From: a virus
Taxonomy: Duplodnaviria; Heunggongvirae; Uroviricota; Caudoviricetes
DNA: 60,892 bases
Strand: one strand, 5' to 3'
Virus record (IMG/VR): IMGVR_UViG_3300045988_133230
Part shown: positions 19,415-28,907 of the stretch, piece by piece
Layout: every line of letters begins with the position of its first letter
How positions within the stretch are numbered: position 1 is the first letter of the stretch
Made by a program: the position numbers and the translations under genes
Notes under the pieces: generated by a model
The model's input: the letters and a program-made list of their open reading frames with translations, nothing else
The model's database searches: none
Told to the model about the DNA's origin: nothing

Positions 19415-19839
19415 TGGAACTGTGGCTGACGGTGAACGGTAAACGCACCTGCGCCAGCGCACCGCTGGATCCGCTGACCCGCGCCGTGGTGATTTCCCTG
19501 TTCACCTGGCGGCGGGCGGAGCCTGATGACAATGCCGACGTCCCGATGGGATGGTGGGGGGATACCTGGCCTGCGGTACAGAATGACCGTTACGGCTCCC
19601 GGCTGTGGCTGCTTCAGCGCGGCAAACTGACCAATCAGCTGGTGCAGACGGTAAGGGGGTATATCCGCGAATGCCTGCAATGGATGATTGATGACGGTGT
19701 GGTGTCCCGTATTGATCTGGATATCCGCCGCACCGGGATTAATGAACTGGGTAACAGTATCACTCTCTGGCGTCGTGACGGACCGGTAATGATTTCTTTT
19801 GATGATCTGTGGAGTGCGATAACGCATGGCGGACAGTGA
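19411..19839 (+). CDS. baseplate protein (gp46 / W-like)
   Basis: 142 aa between V and J homologs. Confidence 0.6.
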   Translation: MMELWLTVNGKRTCASAPLDPLTRAVVISLFTWRRAEPDDNADVPMGWWGDTWPAVQNDRYGSRLWLLQRGKLTNQLVQTVRGYIRECLQWMIDDGVVSRIDLDIRRTGINELGNSITLWRRDGPVMISFDDLWSAITHGGQ

Positions 19840-20884
19840 ATTTCAGCGCCCGACGCTGGCAGAAAATATCAGTATGCTCCGTAACGATTTATTCGCCAGG
19901 CTGGACGTCAGCGACACGCTCCGGCGCATGGATGAAGACGTGCGGGCAAAGGTGTATGCGGCGGCGCTGCATACGGTTTACGGTTACATCGATTATCTGG
20001 CAATGAACATGCTGCCTGACCTGTGCGATGAGTCCTGGCTGGCGCGACATGCTGCGATGAAACGGTGTCCGCGCAAGGGGGCCACGGCTGCCAGCGGGTA
20101 TATGCGCTGGGAAGGTGTCAGCGATGGCCTGAAGGTGACCGCCGGGAGTGTTATTCAGCGCGATGACCTGGTTCAGTACACGGCAACTGCCGATGCAACC
20201 AGCGCCGGTGGTGTCCTGCGCGTGCCGATCGCCTGCTCAAGTGCAGGAGCGGTCGGTAACGCTGACGACGGTACGTCATTAATCCTGGTCACGCCGGTGA
20301 ATGGTCTGCCGTCTTCCGGCGTGGCAGACACTCTGACAGGTGGATTTGATACTGAAGAGCTGGAAACGTGGCGCGCCCGCGTCATTGAGCGGTATTACGG
20401 GACGCCTCAGGGCGGGGCTGACGGGGACTATGTAGTCTGGGCTAAAGAAGTGCCCGGCATTACCCGTGCATGGACATACCGCCACTGGATGGGAACGGGG
20501 ACTGTCGGTGTGATGATTGCCAGCAGTGACCTGATTAATCCCATTCCGGAAGAATCAACGGAAACGGCGGCAAGACAACACATTGAGCCACTGGCCCCGG
20601 TGGCAGGCTCTGATTTGTATGTATTCAGGCCGGTGGCGCATAAAGTGGATTTTCATATCCGCGTGACGCCGGACACACCGGAAATACGGGCTGCCATCAC
20701 CGCCGAGTTGCGTTCGTTCCTGCTGCGTGATGGTTATCCGCAGGGAGAACTGAAGGTGTCGCGTATCAGTGAGGCGATTTCCGGTGCGAACGGGGAATAC
20801 AGCCATCAGTTGCTTGCACCGGCGGACAATATCTCCATTGCAAAAAATGAACTGGCGGTACTGGGGACGATTTCATGGACGTGA
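19826..20884 (+). CDS. baseplate J-like protein
   Basis: 352 aa; corresponds to the e14 jayE region. Confidence 0.75.
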   Translation: MADSEFQRPTLAENISMLRNDLFARLDVSDTLRRMDEDVRAKVYAAALHTVYGYIDYLAMNMLPDLCDESWLARHAAMKRCPRKGATAASGYMRWEGVSDGLKVTAGSVIQRDDLVQYTATADATSAGGVLRVPIACSSAGAVGNADDGTSLILVTPVNGLPSSGVADTLTGGFDTEELETWRARVIERYYGTPQGGADGDYVVWAKEVPGITRAWTYRHWMGTGTVGVMIASSDLINPIPEESTETAARQHIEPLAPVAGSDLYVFRPVAHKVDFHIRVTPDTPEIRAAITAELRSFLLRDGYPQGELKVSRISEAISGANGEYSHQLLAPADNISIAKNELAVLGTISWT

Positions 20885-21459
20885 CAAACGATGATTACAT
20901 CCATCTGTTGTCGGCACTGTTGCCCCCCGGTCCGGCGTGGTCAGCCAGCGATCCGGCGATTGCCGGTGCGGCACCGTCATTAACCCGCGTTCATCAGCGT
21001 GCGGATGCCCTGATGCGGGAGCTGGATCCGCGCACCACCACCGAACTGATAAATCGCTGGGAGCGTCTGTGCGGCCTGCCGGATGAATGTATTCCCGCAG
21101 GGACACAGACCCTTCGCCAGCGTCAGCAACGACTGGATGCGAAGGTTAACCTGGCGGGCGGCATCAATGAGGATTTTTACCTTGCACAGCTTGCTGCCCT
21201 GGGCAGACCAGACGCCACCATCACGCGATACGACAAAAGCACGTTCACCTGCTCATCGGCCTGTACTGACGCGGTGAATGCGCCGGAATGGCGGTATTAC
21301 TGGCAGGTCGACATGCCAGCCGCCACCAACACCACCTGGATGACATGTGGCGATCCCTGTGATTCCGCACTGCGTATCTGGGGCGACACCGTTGTCGAGT
21401 GTGTGCTTAACAAACTCTGCCCGTCGCATACCTACGTAATTTTTAAATATCCGGAGTAA
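20875..21459 (+). CDS. tail protein (YmfQ / Mu gp48-like)
   Basis: 194 aa preceding tail fibre. Confidence 0.65.
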   Translation: MDVTNDDYIHLLSALLPPGPAWSASDPAIAGAAPSLTRVHQRADALMRELDPRTTTELINRWERLCGLPDECIPAGTQTLRQRQQRLDAKVNLAGGINEDFYLAQLAALGRPDATITRYDKSTFTCSSACTDAVNAPEWRYYWQVDMPAATNTTWMTCGDPCDSALRIWGDTVVECVLNKLCPSHTYVIFKYPE

Positions 21460-21462
21460 TCC

Positions 21463-22047
21463 ATGCATCGTATAGACACGAAAACCGCGCAGAAGGATAA
21501 GTTCGGCGCGGGTAAGAACGGTTTTACCCGTGGTAACCCCCAGACCGGCACACCTGCCACCGATCTGGATGATGACTACTTTGACATGTTGCAGGAGGAA
21601 CTTTGCAGTGTTGTGGAGGCATCCGGTGCCAGCCTGGAGAAGGGGCGGCATGACCAGCTGCTTACAGCGCTTCGTGCGCTGCTGTTAAGCCGCAAGAATC
21701 CGTTTGGCGATATCAAATCGGATGGCACGGTGAAAACGGCTCTCGAAAACCTTGGTTTGGGAGAAGGTGCTAACTGGGTTATGTTACCTGGAGGAATGAT
21801 AATTCAGCGTGTTTATCTTGGATTTCCTATTGGCACTAATGTAAGACATATAACTTTCCCCCGGTCGTTTACAACAACGAACTATTCCATCTCAATTAAC
21901 TGGAATGATATCGGTACTGTAACAACTGAAACACAATCACCAGCAAATGTGGCGGTTGTTCATCAAACAAAATCATTAACAGGGGCCAGCATCTGGCAGG
22001 CAGGTCCCGGGGGATTTAATGTGGACATTATAGCGGTGGGGTATTGA
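21463..22047 (+). CDS. tail fibre protein (constant N-terminus plus variable tip)
   Basis: 194 aa; contains the gix-like crossover site within ENLGLGEGA coding sequence. Confidence 0.7.
   Translation: MHRIDTKTAQKDKFGAGKNGFTRGNPQTGTPATDLDDDYFDMLQEELCSVVEASGASLEKGRHDQLLTALRALLLSRKNPFGDIKSDGTVKTALENLGLGEGANWVMLPGGMIIQRVYLGFPIGTNVRHITFPRSFTTTNYSISINWNDIGTVTTETQSPANVAVVHQTKSLTGASIWQAGPGGFNVDIIAVGY
21740..21765. promoter_or_regulatory. candidate Hin/Gin-family crossover site (12-2-12)
   Basis: CTCTCGAAAACC-TT-GGTTTGGGAGAA; both half-sites fit the TTxTCxAAAACC pattern of gix/hix sites. Confidence 0.5.
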
Positions 22048-22048
22048 T

Positions 22049-22477
22049 ATGTACGTATGGAGCGCTAAAGCAAATGGCTTTTTCCCCATATCGGAGAAAG
22101 AAAAATTTGAGGCATCAGGTCTGTGGCCTGATGATGGTGTAATAGTCAGTGAGGAAGAACATAAAAAGTTATTTATGGATATTCCACCAGGAAAACAGAT
22201 TGGAACACTGAATGGAAAACCAGCACTGATAGATATTCCTCAGCCGACCAAAAAGGAATTAATAGCTATTGCTGAAGTTAAAAAATCCCAATTACGGGAA
22301 AAGGCTGACAGTGAAATATCCTGGCGTCAGGATGCTGTTGATGCTGATATCGCAACTGATGAAGAAGCTACAACTCTCACCCAATGGAAGAAATACCGTG
22401 TGCTGCTGATGCGTGTTGATACGTCAACAGCACCCGATATTGAATGGCCTACGCCTCCGGCAGTTCAGGCCAGATGA
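22049..22477 (+). CDS. tail fibre assembly protein
   Basis: 142 aa with C-terminal TSTAPDIEWP motif shared with the convergent copy. Confidence 0.7.
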   Translation: MYVWSAKANGFFPISEKEKFEASGLWPDDGVIVSEEEHKKLFMDIPPGKQIGTLNGKPALIDIPQPTKKELIAIAEVKKSQLREKADSEISWRQDAVDADIATDEEATTLTQWKKYRVLLMRVDTSTAPDIEWPTPPAVQAR

Positions 22478-23042
22478 CATCCGGCGCGGTGCTGGTATCT
22501 GTTGCCGTCACCGCGTCAATGTAATCCAGCACGGCGTTAAGTCGGGTTGTTTCTGCCTGAGTCAGTTTCCGTCCGGCCTGTAATTTCAGCTGAATCAGAC
22601 TAATGGAAGCCATTGCTGCATCAATCAGTGACTGGCGCTGTGCTTCTGCCGCGTCTACTGCGGCACTGTGTTGTGCCTCAGTGTCTGTCACCCATTTCTC
22701 ACCATCCCATTTATCGTATGGCGTTAACGGTGAAAGCGTGACATAACCGTCTTTGATGGCACCGATATAATCCACTGTAACAGCTGCACCATTTTCGATT
22801 GAGTAAACAGTCTCATTGCGATGGTCTTCCTCATGGCTCCATCCCTTACCTGTAAATACCGTCACTCTTCCCAGAATGTTTTCGCCCGGGTCAATACCAG
22901 TTGAACAGGCGGGCATACTTACGCCAGTATTAATATATTCATCAGACCAGCCCGTATACTCAGATGTTTCAGCATCATAATAAAAACAACGCATATCGCC
23001 CGGCACTGTAGCCAGCCCATTTTCATCAAAAACAGGTTTCAT
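22449..23042 (-). CDS. tail fibre assembly protein (alternative, inverted orientation)
   Basis: 197 aa, C-terminal TSTAPDVIWPELP; convergent with 22049-22477. Confidence 0.7.
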   Translation of the reverse strand: MKPVFDENGLATVPGDMRCFYYDAETSEYTGWSDEYINTGVSMPACSTGIDPGENILGRVTVFTGKGWSHEEDHRNETVYSIENGAAVTVDYIGAIKDGYVTLSPLTPYDKWDGEKWVTDTEAQHSAAVDAAEAQRQSLIDAAMASISLIQLKLQAGRKLTQAETTRLNAVLDYIDAVTATDTSTAPDVIWPELPEA

Positions 23043-23524
23043 TATTTAGCCCTCACCAGAAAGTTAAATGCAATATTTCGCGGTCTGACAGCAACAAAAT
23101 TCACACCATCACCCACAGAGTTACTGGTGAAATTAAATCGTGAAAATCCTGGCTGATTTCCGGCGATGCCATCATGAAAGTTAATTGCGTGTCCCGCACC
23201 TTCGCCTATATTCCCGGCAAACTGAGAAAAGTTTGTAGCTGCCTGCCAGCTTAATAATTCGCGACCACCATCTGCACCTCGCCCGTCATCCCAGACACGA
23301 ATGAAATCACCGCGTGCGTCAGGTAATGCCAACGCCGGAAACACTTTCGCCAGCACAGGGTAATCAGTGGCAGAAAATTTCGCCCCGTTGAACTTCAAAA
23401 ACACCATACTGGACCAGCTGTCGATTACAGTATTTGGCATTGCAGCGGACGCCCAGAAGAACGGAACGCCAATAGCTGGAGCACCTTCTCCCAAACTGCG
23501 ATGGCTCACTGCTGATATGTGCAA
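23042..23524 (-). CDS. alternative tail fibre C-terminal segment (promoterless variable tip)
   Basis: Begins ...SLGEGAP matching the junction residues of the plus-strand fibre; inverted 17-bp identity at 23480-23496. Confidence 0.6.
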   Translation of the reverse strand: MHISAVSHRSLGEGAPAIGVPFFWASAAMPNTVIDSWSSMVFLKFNGAKFSATDYPVLAKVFPALALPDARGDFIRVWDDGRGADGGRELLSWQAATNFSQFAGNIGEGAGHAINFHDGIAGNQPGFSRFNFTSNSVGDGVNFVAVRPRNIAFNFLVRAK

Positions 23525-23718
23525 TCGACGGGGAGTTCAGGATCAAGCGATATCGGACTCATCCTCAACACCACCTGATTAATTTGGAGAGCGGGAGAAG
23601 GGAGATGCTACCAGTAGATGATGACGGTTACGGTTCTGCTCCCGCGATATTCGGGGTGATTACTTACATCATTAATGATGCGAGGAACGCGGAGTTTGAT
23701 GATTGTCCGGTGATGTAA

Positions 23719-24387
23719 TCATATTGGCGTTATTAGTTCGGCGCCCTGATTTTTCACATTCCCGACGGCACGCGTTACGGCGTGCCATATAAATTTATCA
23801 GCCGGTACAACACCGTCGGCTGCAATTTCCGCTGCTTCTTTCCCTCCAACATCCTGCCTCATCCATTCACGCGCGGCTTCCGGTAGCAGTACCAGTGGTC
23901 GTCTGTCGTGAATATCAACCAGTCCTTTGTCAGCTGCAGCTGTAACTATCAGGAAACCTTCTGCTTCATCTCCACGTTCGAATGGTGTGCTGCCGATCGC
24001 CGCCATAAAAATCGGCTGACCGTCTGCCCGGTGAATAAAGTAGGGTTGTTTTTGGTCGCCTTCCTTTTTCCACTCATACCATCCATCAGCAAAGCAAATT
24101 GCGCGGCCATGCTGCCAGAGTGGTTTAAACATTCTGCTGGTGGCAGCAGTTTCAGACCGTGCATTAATGAGCGGCGGTTTATCCCACCAACCGGGGGCGT
24201 ATCCCCAGATAACTGGATCAAGATGCAACTGCTCATCACGTTCGCTCAGAAGCAGAACTTTTGTTCCTGGCGCTACGTTGAATCTTCCGATGGGTTCTGG
24301 ATCGTATGGAATATCGCGTTCTGATTCATCAGCGAGAAGGGCAAGATAATCTTCACGGGTCATTGACTGTGAAAAGCGTCCACACAT
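23719..24387 (-). CDS. SOS response-associated peptidase (SRAP/YedK family)
   Basis: 222 aa starting MCGRF with catalytic Cys2; family features recognisable by eye. Confidence 0.8.
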   Translation of the reverse strand: MCGRFSQSMTREDYLALLADESERDIPYDPEPIGRFNVAPGTKVLLLSERDEQLHLDPVIWGYAPGWWDKPPLINARSETAATSRMFKPLWQHGRAICFADGWYEWKKEGDQKQPYFIHRADGQPIFMAAIGSTPFERGDEAEGFLIVTAAADKGLVDIHDRRPLVLLPEAAREWMRQDVGGKEAAEIAADGVVPADKFIWHAVTRAVGNVKNQGAELITPI

Positions 24388-24586
24388 AGAAACCTCCAGC
24401 CGTATGTCAGACTGAAAGTATAGGGCAGTTAGAAAAAGTGGTGCACACCGTTAAAGATTTAAAAGGAGCATGTAAGGTAAATCGGAATGATGGTTTTGTG
24501 AATTGATGAATTCCGAAAGTGAAAAAGATACTTAATCATTGTGTGCTAGCGATACGGGGGCAACATTTGACGGGGTTTTTCCCCTG

Positions 24587-24708
24587 TAATTCCCCATTGC
24601 TTCCCCGTTCAGAAAACAGGCAAAAAAACCAGCCGTAACAGGCTGGTTCTTCGAGGATTTTTGGTCGGCACGAGAGGATTTGAACCTCCGCCCCCCGACA
24701 CCCCATAG
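24587..24708. repeat. 122-bp direct repeat copy 1 (tRNA 3' fragment plus terminator)
   Basis: About 97 percent identical to 25757-25879 by manual alignment. Confidence 0.85.
24662..24708 (-). other. tRNA-Pro-like 3' fragment (att-type remnant, not a complete gene)
   Basis: Reverse complement reads ...GGAGGTTCAAATCCTCTCGTGCCGACCA: T-arm, G72, A73 discriminator, CCA; no D-arm or 5' acceptor strand present. Confidence 0.65.
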
Positions 24709-24784
24709 TGTCGTGCTAATATTCTGATGGCCTATATGCGTCTACAGTAAGTTGATAGCATCATTCGTCGGTCGCTTCGTAGTC

Positions 24785-25600
24785 TCACATACGGATAAAA
24801 TTTTTTCTATTGATTTTGTCTCTATCAGAGCCATAAATGATGGTTGCAAAAAAACGACCTAATTCAAGATGGTGGAAGTGATTATCTTTTGCTTGAACTG
24901 TCATTGAGTCTAATATGTTATAGATGCATTCTATGATATGAATAACTAATAAAGTGCGATAACCAGCAAGCATTTCACTTCTTTTAAGTAAATAATTTAA
25001 ATCCCCTGCAGAGTTTATATGGTTTCTGTCTTCATCATAATATCCAAGCACATAGCATGGCAGTGTTTCACCATAGCTTCGGTATTGCTCGCATTTTTTA
25101 TCAATTATATTTTTTTGTCTTTTTGTTAATATTTTATCGTAAATGCTCTTATCGATTTCATTATACCATTGCTTCATGGGATCATTGTCGTTGTCATTAG
25201 TAATGAAATCAATATTACTATATCTTGATGAATTTGCAAAATTAGTTAACAACTCCATCACTCTGTAGTGAATTTCATTTAAGCCAGAGGGAGAATCAAC
25301 TCTCTCAATGACTAGGTTGAATAACTTGCTTAAGTTATGACCGTAATCTCTTAATTTTTTGCGTGATGTATATTTTCCATTTTTATTATAATCATCAAGC
25401 ATAAGGCAAAGTTTCATAAGCCTTTCTAATCCTAAACTGATGCCGGATAATGCTTGAAAATACAATCCTCTACTTGCAAAATTTGCTTTCCTTAGGGAAG
25501 TGAGCCCTATGCCTAATAATTGTCTTGAAAAGTCAACCTCATCAACAAATCTTCTGTATTTTTCATCCATAAAAACCTCAGTCAGCCAATTAATATTCAA
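24785..25600 (-). CDS. hypothetical 271-aa protein (cargo, possible abortive-infection type)
   Basis: AT-rich ORF lying between the two 122-bp direct repeats; no recognisable motif. Confidence 0.55.
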   Translation of the reverse strand: MNINWLTEVFMDEKYRRFVDEVDFSRQLLGIGLTSLRKANFASRGLYFQALSGISLGLERLMKLCLMLDDYNKNGKYTSRKKLRDYGHNLSKLFNLVIERVDSPSGLNEIHYRVMELLTNFANSSRYSNIDFITNDNDNDPMKQWYNEIDKSIYDKILTKRQKNIIDKKCEQYRSYGETLPCYVLGYYDEDRNHINSAGDLNYLLKRSEMLAGYRTLLVIHIIECIYNILDSMTVQAKDNHFHHLELGRFFATIIYGSDRDKINRKNFIRM

Positions 25601-25756
25601 GAATGATTTCTATAAAGAACTAATCTAGTTAAATCATCTGATGTAATTAGTATTACAATACCATCAGACGACATTGAAGCAGTATTGTGCCTTATCTACC
25701 CTATGTACGTCCATTGATAAAAATCTGCGCTTTTCGCAGTGGGGTCAATCGTAAGC

Positions 25757-25879
25757 TAATTTCCCCATTGCTTCCCCGTTCAGAAAACAGGCAAAAAAAA
25801 CCAGCCGTAACAGGCTGGTTCTTCGAGGATTTTTGGTCAGCACGAGAGGATTTGAACCTCCGCCCCCGACACCCCATAG
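25757..25879. repeat. 122-bp direct repeat copy 2, includes tRNA-Pro-like 3' fragment 25834-25879
   Basis: See copy 1; four point or length differences. Confidence 0.85.
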
Positions 25880-26073
25880 CGGTGATCTACCTTCTCATCA
25901 AGGGTAACCATGTGCCAGAAGCAGCCCTTGCGCACATTGGATGGGTATCAAATAATGAAGTAGGTCAACTTTATTAAATAAAATTGTGTTGGTTCAGATG
26001 ATCGAATGGGAATGAATAGTTTATTACTTTTGGTGACCGCAAGCGCGATCACCTTCGATTTGGTGGCAATTAC

Positions 26074-27042
26074 CTAGAATGATGCACAATCTTTAAGCTC
26101 TTTTTCTAGTTGTTCAACCAAGTCACAGCATTTTTTGATAACATCTTTAACTGACTCTGAATCTAACTTATGAAAATTACCATTTTTTGTTTTACCTGCT
26201 CGATGAACTAAGTCATGCCTAATTAACACGCTTTTATAAACTTCTGTGAAAACAGGGAATTTAATACCAAAGGTATCTCGATACATGCCACTTACTTTTG
26301 GCAGATTATGATAAAGAACACTCTTCATAGACTCTATCGCTTGAGACTCTATTTGTTCATGCCTTATAAATAATTCAGAAAGTAAGAATTTTTCTGTATT
26401 GTAATCTTTGAAGGTTTCAACAAAATTTCTCAAATTAGTTTGGCTACCATGAATTAGGGAAATAAATCTGTCACATAAATATGTTTCCAAGGAAGTTATT
26501 GTATTGGCATATAGCATATACGACATTTGTATTTGTAAAGTGCTATCAATTTTTAACTGAGCATCATTTAGTTTTATGGCGTTCTGCATACTATTTTGGA
26601 ATGTCATATAGACATCTCGTTCAGATAGCGTTCGATCATCAGAGTACTGCATATCAATAACATCTAGAATGCGCTGTTCAATTAATGAAGGTCTATTCAA
26701 CTGTAATATATCTATAGTCGCATGTCCTCGCTCAGTTAAACCTTCTAAATATCCATTTTTATTTTGTTTTATATGTTCTGAAAAACTTTCATTTAAAGGA
26801 TTTAGAAGTAATGGTTTGCCATTTTCATCGAGAGGAAACTGATCTTTTTTAATCATGCTACATGCCTTACAAGCGATGAGCAGGTTGTCTGTAGCATCTT
26901 GGAAGTCAGTATACTTTGATTTTGGGAAAAAACGATCAACATCCGCCATCAATGGTTCATAAAGTTTAGTGCCACAGTAAGCACATTGATGCTTAAACTT
27001 CTCCCATAGTTCAAGTTTAAACGTTTTATAATTCTTATTCAT
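26074..27042 (-). CDS. HNH-domain protein, 322 aa (N-terminal HNH-like nuclease, C-terminal unknown domain)
   Basis: CAYCG...DVDRFFPKSKY...NLLIACKACS resembles a Zn-finger HNH core; AT-rich; located where e14 carries mcrA. Confidence 0.6.
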   Translation of the reverse strand: MNKNYKTFKLELWEKFKHQCAYCGTKLYEPLMADVDRFFPKSKYTDFQDATDNLLIACKACSMIKKDQFPLDENGKPLLLNPLNESFSEHIKQNKNGYLEGLTERGHATIDILQLNRPSLIEQRILDVIDMQYSDDRTLSERDVYMTFQNSMQNAIKLNDAQLKIDSTLQIQMSYMLYANTITSLETYLCDRFISLIHGSQTNLRNFVETFKDYNTEKFLLSELFIRHEQIESQAIESMKSVLYHNLPKVSGMYRDTFGIKFPVFTEVYKSVLIRHDLVHRAGKTKNGNFHKLDSESVKDVIKKCCDLVEQLEKELKDCASF

Positions 27043-27486
27043 TGAATAGTTCCTTTATATTCTTGACTTGATTGTTTGTTTGCCAATTTAAGCCAAAGAC
27101 ACACGACTTTAATTGGGCTTGAATCATAGTTATATGTAATCTATTAAGCAAACACTTTTCATTAATAGCATGAGATAACGCTCAATTCTTTATTTTCCGG
27201 GAGTGTGTAACTTCATATCCACCTCTCACTCACAGCGTACGTTATTGGCGAAAAATTTAGTTAAGCCATTGATAGTTTGTGAAAACACGCATGATTTAAA
27301 ATCCCTTTGCCGTGAAGGGGCTGATAGGTACAGGCACTTGTTTTTGCCCTCTAAAACGGTTATCAAAACCAAAAAACATACATTGATAATCAATAGGTTA
27401 GGGGAAAGATAAAAGCCAGTTGATTTACAATAAAATTATAGGATTATTTTTATTTATCATGCGGTTGTATATGAACCATCTAACTA

Positions 27487-27651
27487 CTGCTGCGCCATAT
27501 GGGCTGGACTGAAGCCGCAGACCTGATTGTTAAAGGTATGGAAGGCGCGATCAACGCGAAAACCGTAACCTATGACTTCGAACGTCTGATGGAAGGCGCT
27601 AAACTGCTGAAATGTTCAGAGTTTGGTGACGCGATCATCAAGAACATGTAA
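27487..27651 (+). pseudogene. icd: icd 3' fragment (duplicated attachment segment, icdC-like)
   Basis: Encodes ...[53 protein letters not shown], the C-terminus of isocitrate dehydrogenase; upstream sequence is unrelated and AT-rich. Confidence 0.85.
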
Positions 27652-27717
27652 TCTCTACATGTGTTAAATATTGAAACGGGCGTATAACACGCCCGTTGTT
27701 TTATGATGATGTAAAAT

Positions 27718-27753
27718 CTTCCCCAAAACTTTCCCCAAAACCCTTCCCCAAAA
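27718..27753. repeat. three tandem TTCCCCAAAAC repeats (candidate integrase arm-type sites)
   Basis: Direct repeats between icd fragment/terminator hairpin (27674-27700) and int stop. Confidence 0.5.
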
Positions 27754-27764
27754 CTGGCTATTTT

Positions 27765-28907
27765 CTATGCTGTTTTGATATCTACGATAATCCAGTCTTT
27801 ACCACGATCATCATTGTATCGGTCGGTCATTTTTCTGGATTTATGGCCTAACAACTTTTGCGTATCCAGACCCTGTTCCCGATATAACCGTTCTGACAGA
27901 GATCGCTGCTCATGAAATGTGGGCGCAGTTCCTTGCTCCCATTTTATGCCACATTTTTCCCTGGCCTTTTTAAAAGCCGTTGTCAGAGTATTCGCAGAAA
28001 CCTGGTCTCCTCTGTTTGCTTGAGAGGTTGTGTGACGGTAATGGACCAGATATTTACTAACAACAGCATCCCTGCACTGAGATATAACTTCACGAAGGGT
28101 AATATTCAGAGCATCGCATTTCAGGTTAAGCGGAATAGCAAGTTTTGAACCGGTTTTTTCCTGAGTAATGTGCAACATGTCGTCCCAGATATCAGAGAAT
28201 TTCAAATTGCAGATATCGCCTAAACGTTGTCCAGTGACAAGAGCAAGTAGCATCCCACATTTTAAATAGGGCTGCCGTCTGCTTACGCTGTCAAATATTG
28301 CCTGCCATTCGGGCAGTGATAATCTTTGGCGGTTTACTCGATTTCGCGGTTGTTTTGTTGCCTGCGCTGGGTTAAATCCTGGCGGAACATGTCCTGCGTG
28401 TTGTGCTTCTTTGAAGACGTCGATTAACACCATTCTCACGACTTGCGCCATCCTGTTATGACCTTCAGCCTTTACAGCATCAATTATTTCGGCAATATCA
28501 AGTGCGGTAATATCCTTGAGGTGTTGCATTCCACAATGCTCACGGAAAAGACGAATGGGTTTGCCTTTTTGCCGATAGGAGTTGGGTCTTAGTTCATTAT
28601 GTTGCAGCCTGTCCTCCTGGATAGAAATATATTTATCAAGCCATTCTGTCACCGTAATGTCTGAGCGCCTGCCTTTCATTCTTTCCAGACGCTCATTGAC
28701 GCTTAATATTTGTCGGGTACGTTGTTCAGCAATAATGATATTTGCTTCAGTAGCAACTTGTTTTGCTTCATTCTCATCAGTTCCTAAGCTATGAAAACGA
28801 CCGGATAGTGGATGTTTGTATTGCCAATATACCTTTCCGGTTCGCTTATCTAATTTGCAATATAAATTGGGTATAGAGATTTTGTGAGATCGGGGTCTAG
28901 CAGCCAT
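27765..28907 (-). CDS. int: tyrosine integrase (e14 IntE-like, icd-targeting)
   Basis: 380 aa with C-terminal R...HxxR...Y catalytic region (LLGHKSRKMTDRY); adjacent to icd fragment. Confidence 0.9.
   Translation of the reverse strand: MAARPRSHKISIPNLYCKLDKRTGKVYWQYKHPLSGRFHSLGTDENEAKQVATEANIIIAEQRTRQILSVNERLERMKGRRSDITVTEWLDKYISIQEDRLQHNELRPNSYRQKGKPIRLFREHCGMQHLKDITALDIAEIIDAVKAEGHNRMAQVVRMVLIDVFKEAQHAGHVPPGFNPAQATKQPRNRVNRQRLSLPEWQAIFDSVSRRQPYLKCGMLLALVTGQRLGDICNLKFSDIWDDMLHITQEKTGSKLAIPLNLKCDALNITLREVISQCRDAVVSKYLVHYRHTTSQANRGDQVSANTLTTAFKKAREKCGIKWEQGTAPTFHEQRSLSERLYREQGLDTQKLLGHKSRKMTDRYNDDRGKDWIIVDIKTA

Noticed and set aside
23525-23718. DNA invertase (pin/gin) gene expected next to the inverted fibre tip
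   Set aside because: Only about 190 bp of non-coding or short-ORF sequence is present before the SRAP gene; no resolvase-like catalytic N-terminus in any frame.
24662-25879. Possible intact tRNA-Pro genes
   Set aside because: Both copies contain only the 3' roughly 46 nt (T-arm and acceptor 3' strand); no D-arm or matching 5' acceptor strand upstream, so they are att remnants rather than genes.
27203-27412. 69-aa plus-strand ORF upstream of the HNH-domain gene
   Set aside because: Lies in the probable promoter region of the minus-strand gene, with no RBS and low-complexity sequence; judged spurious.
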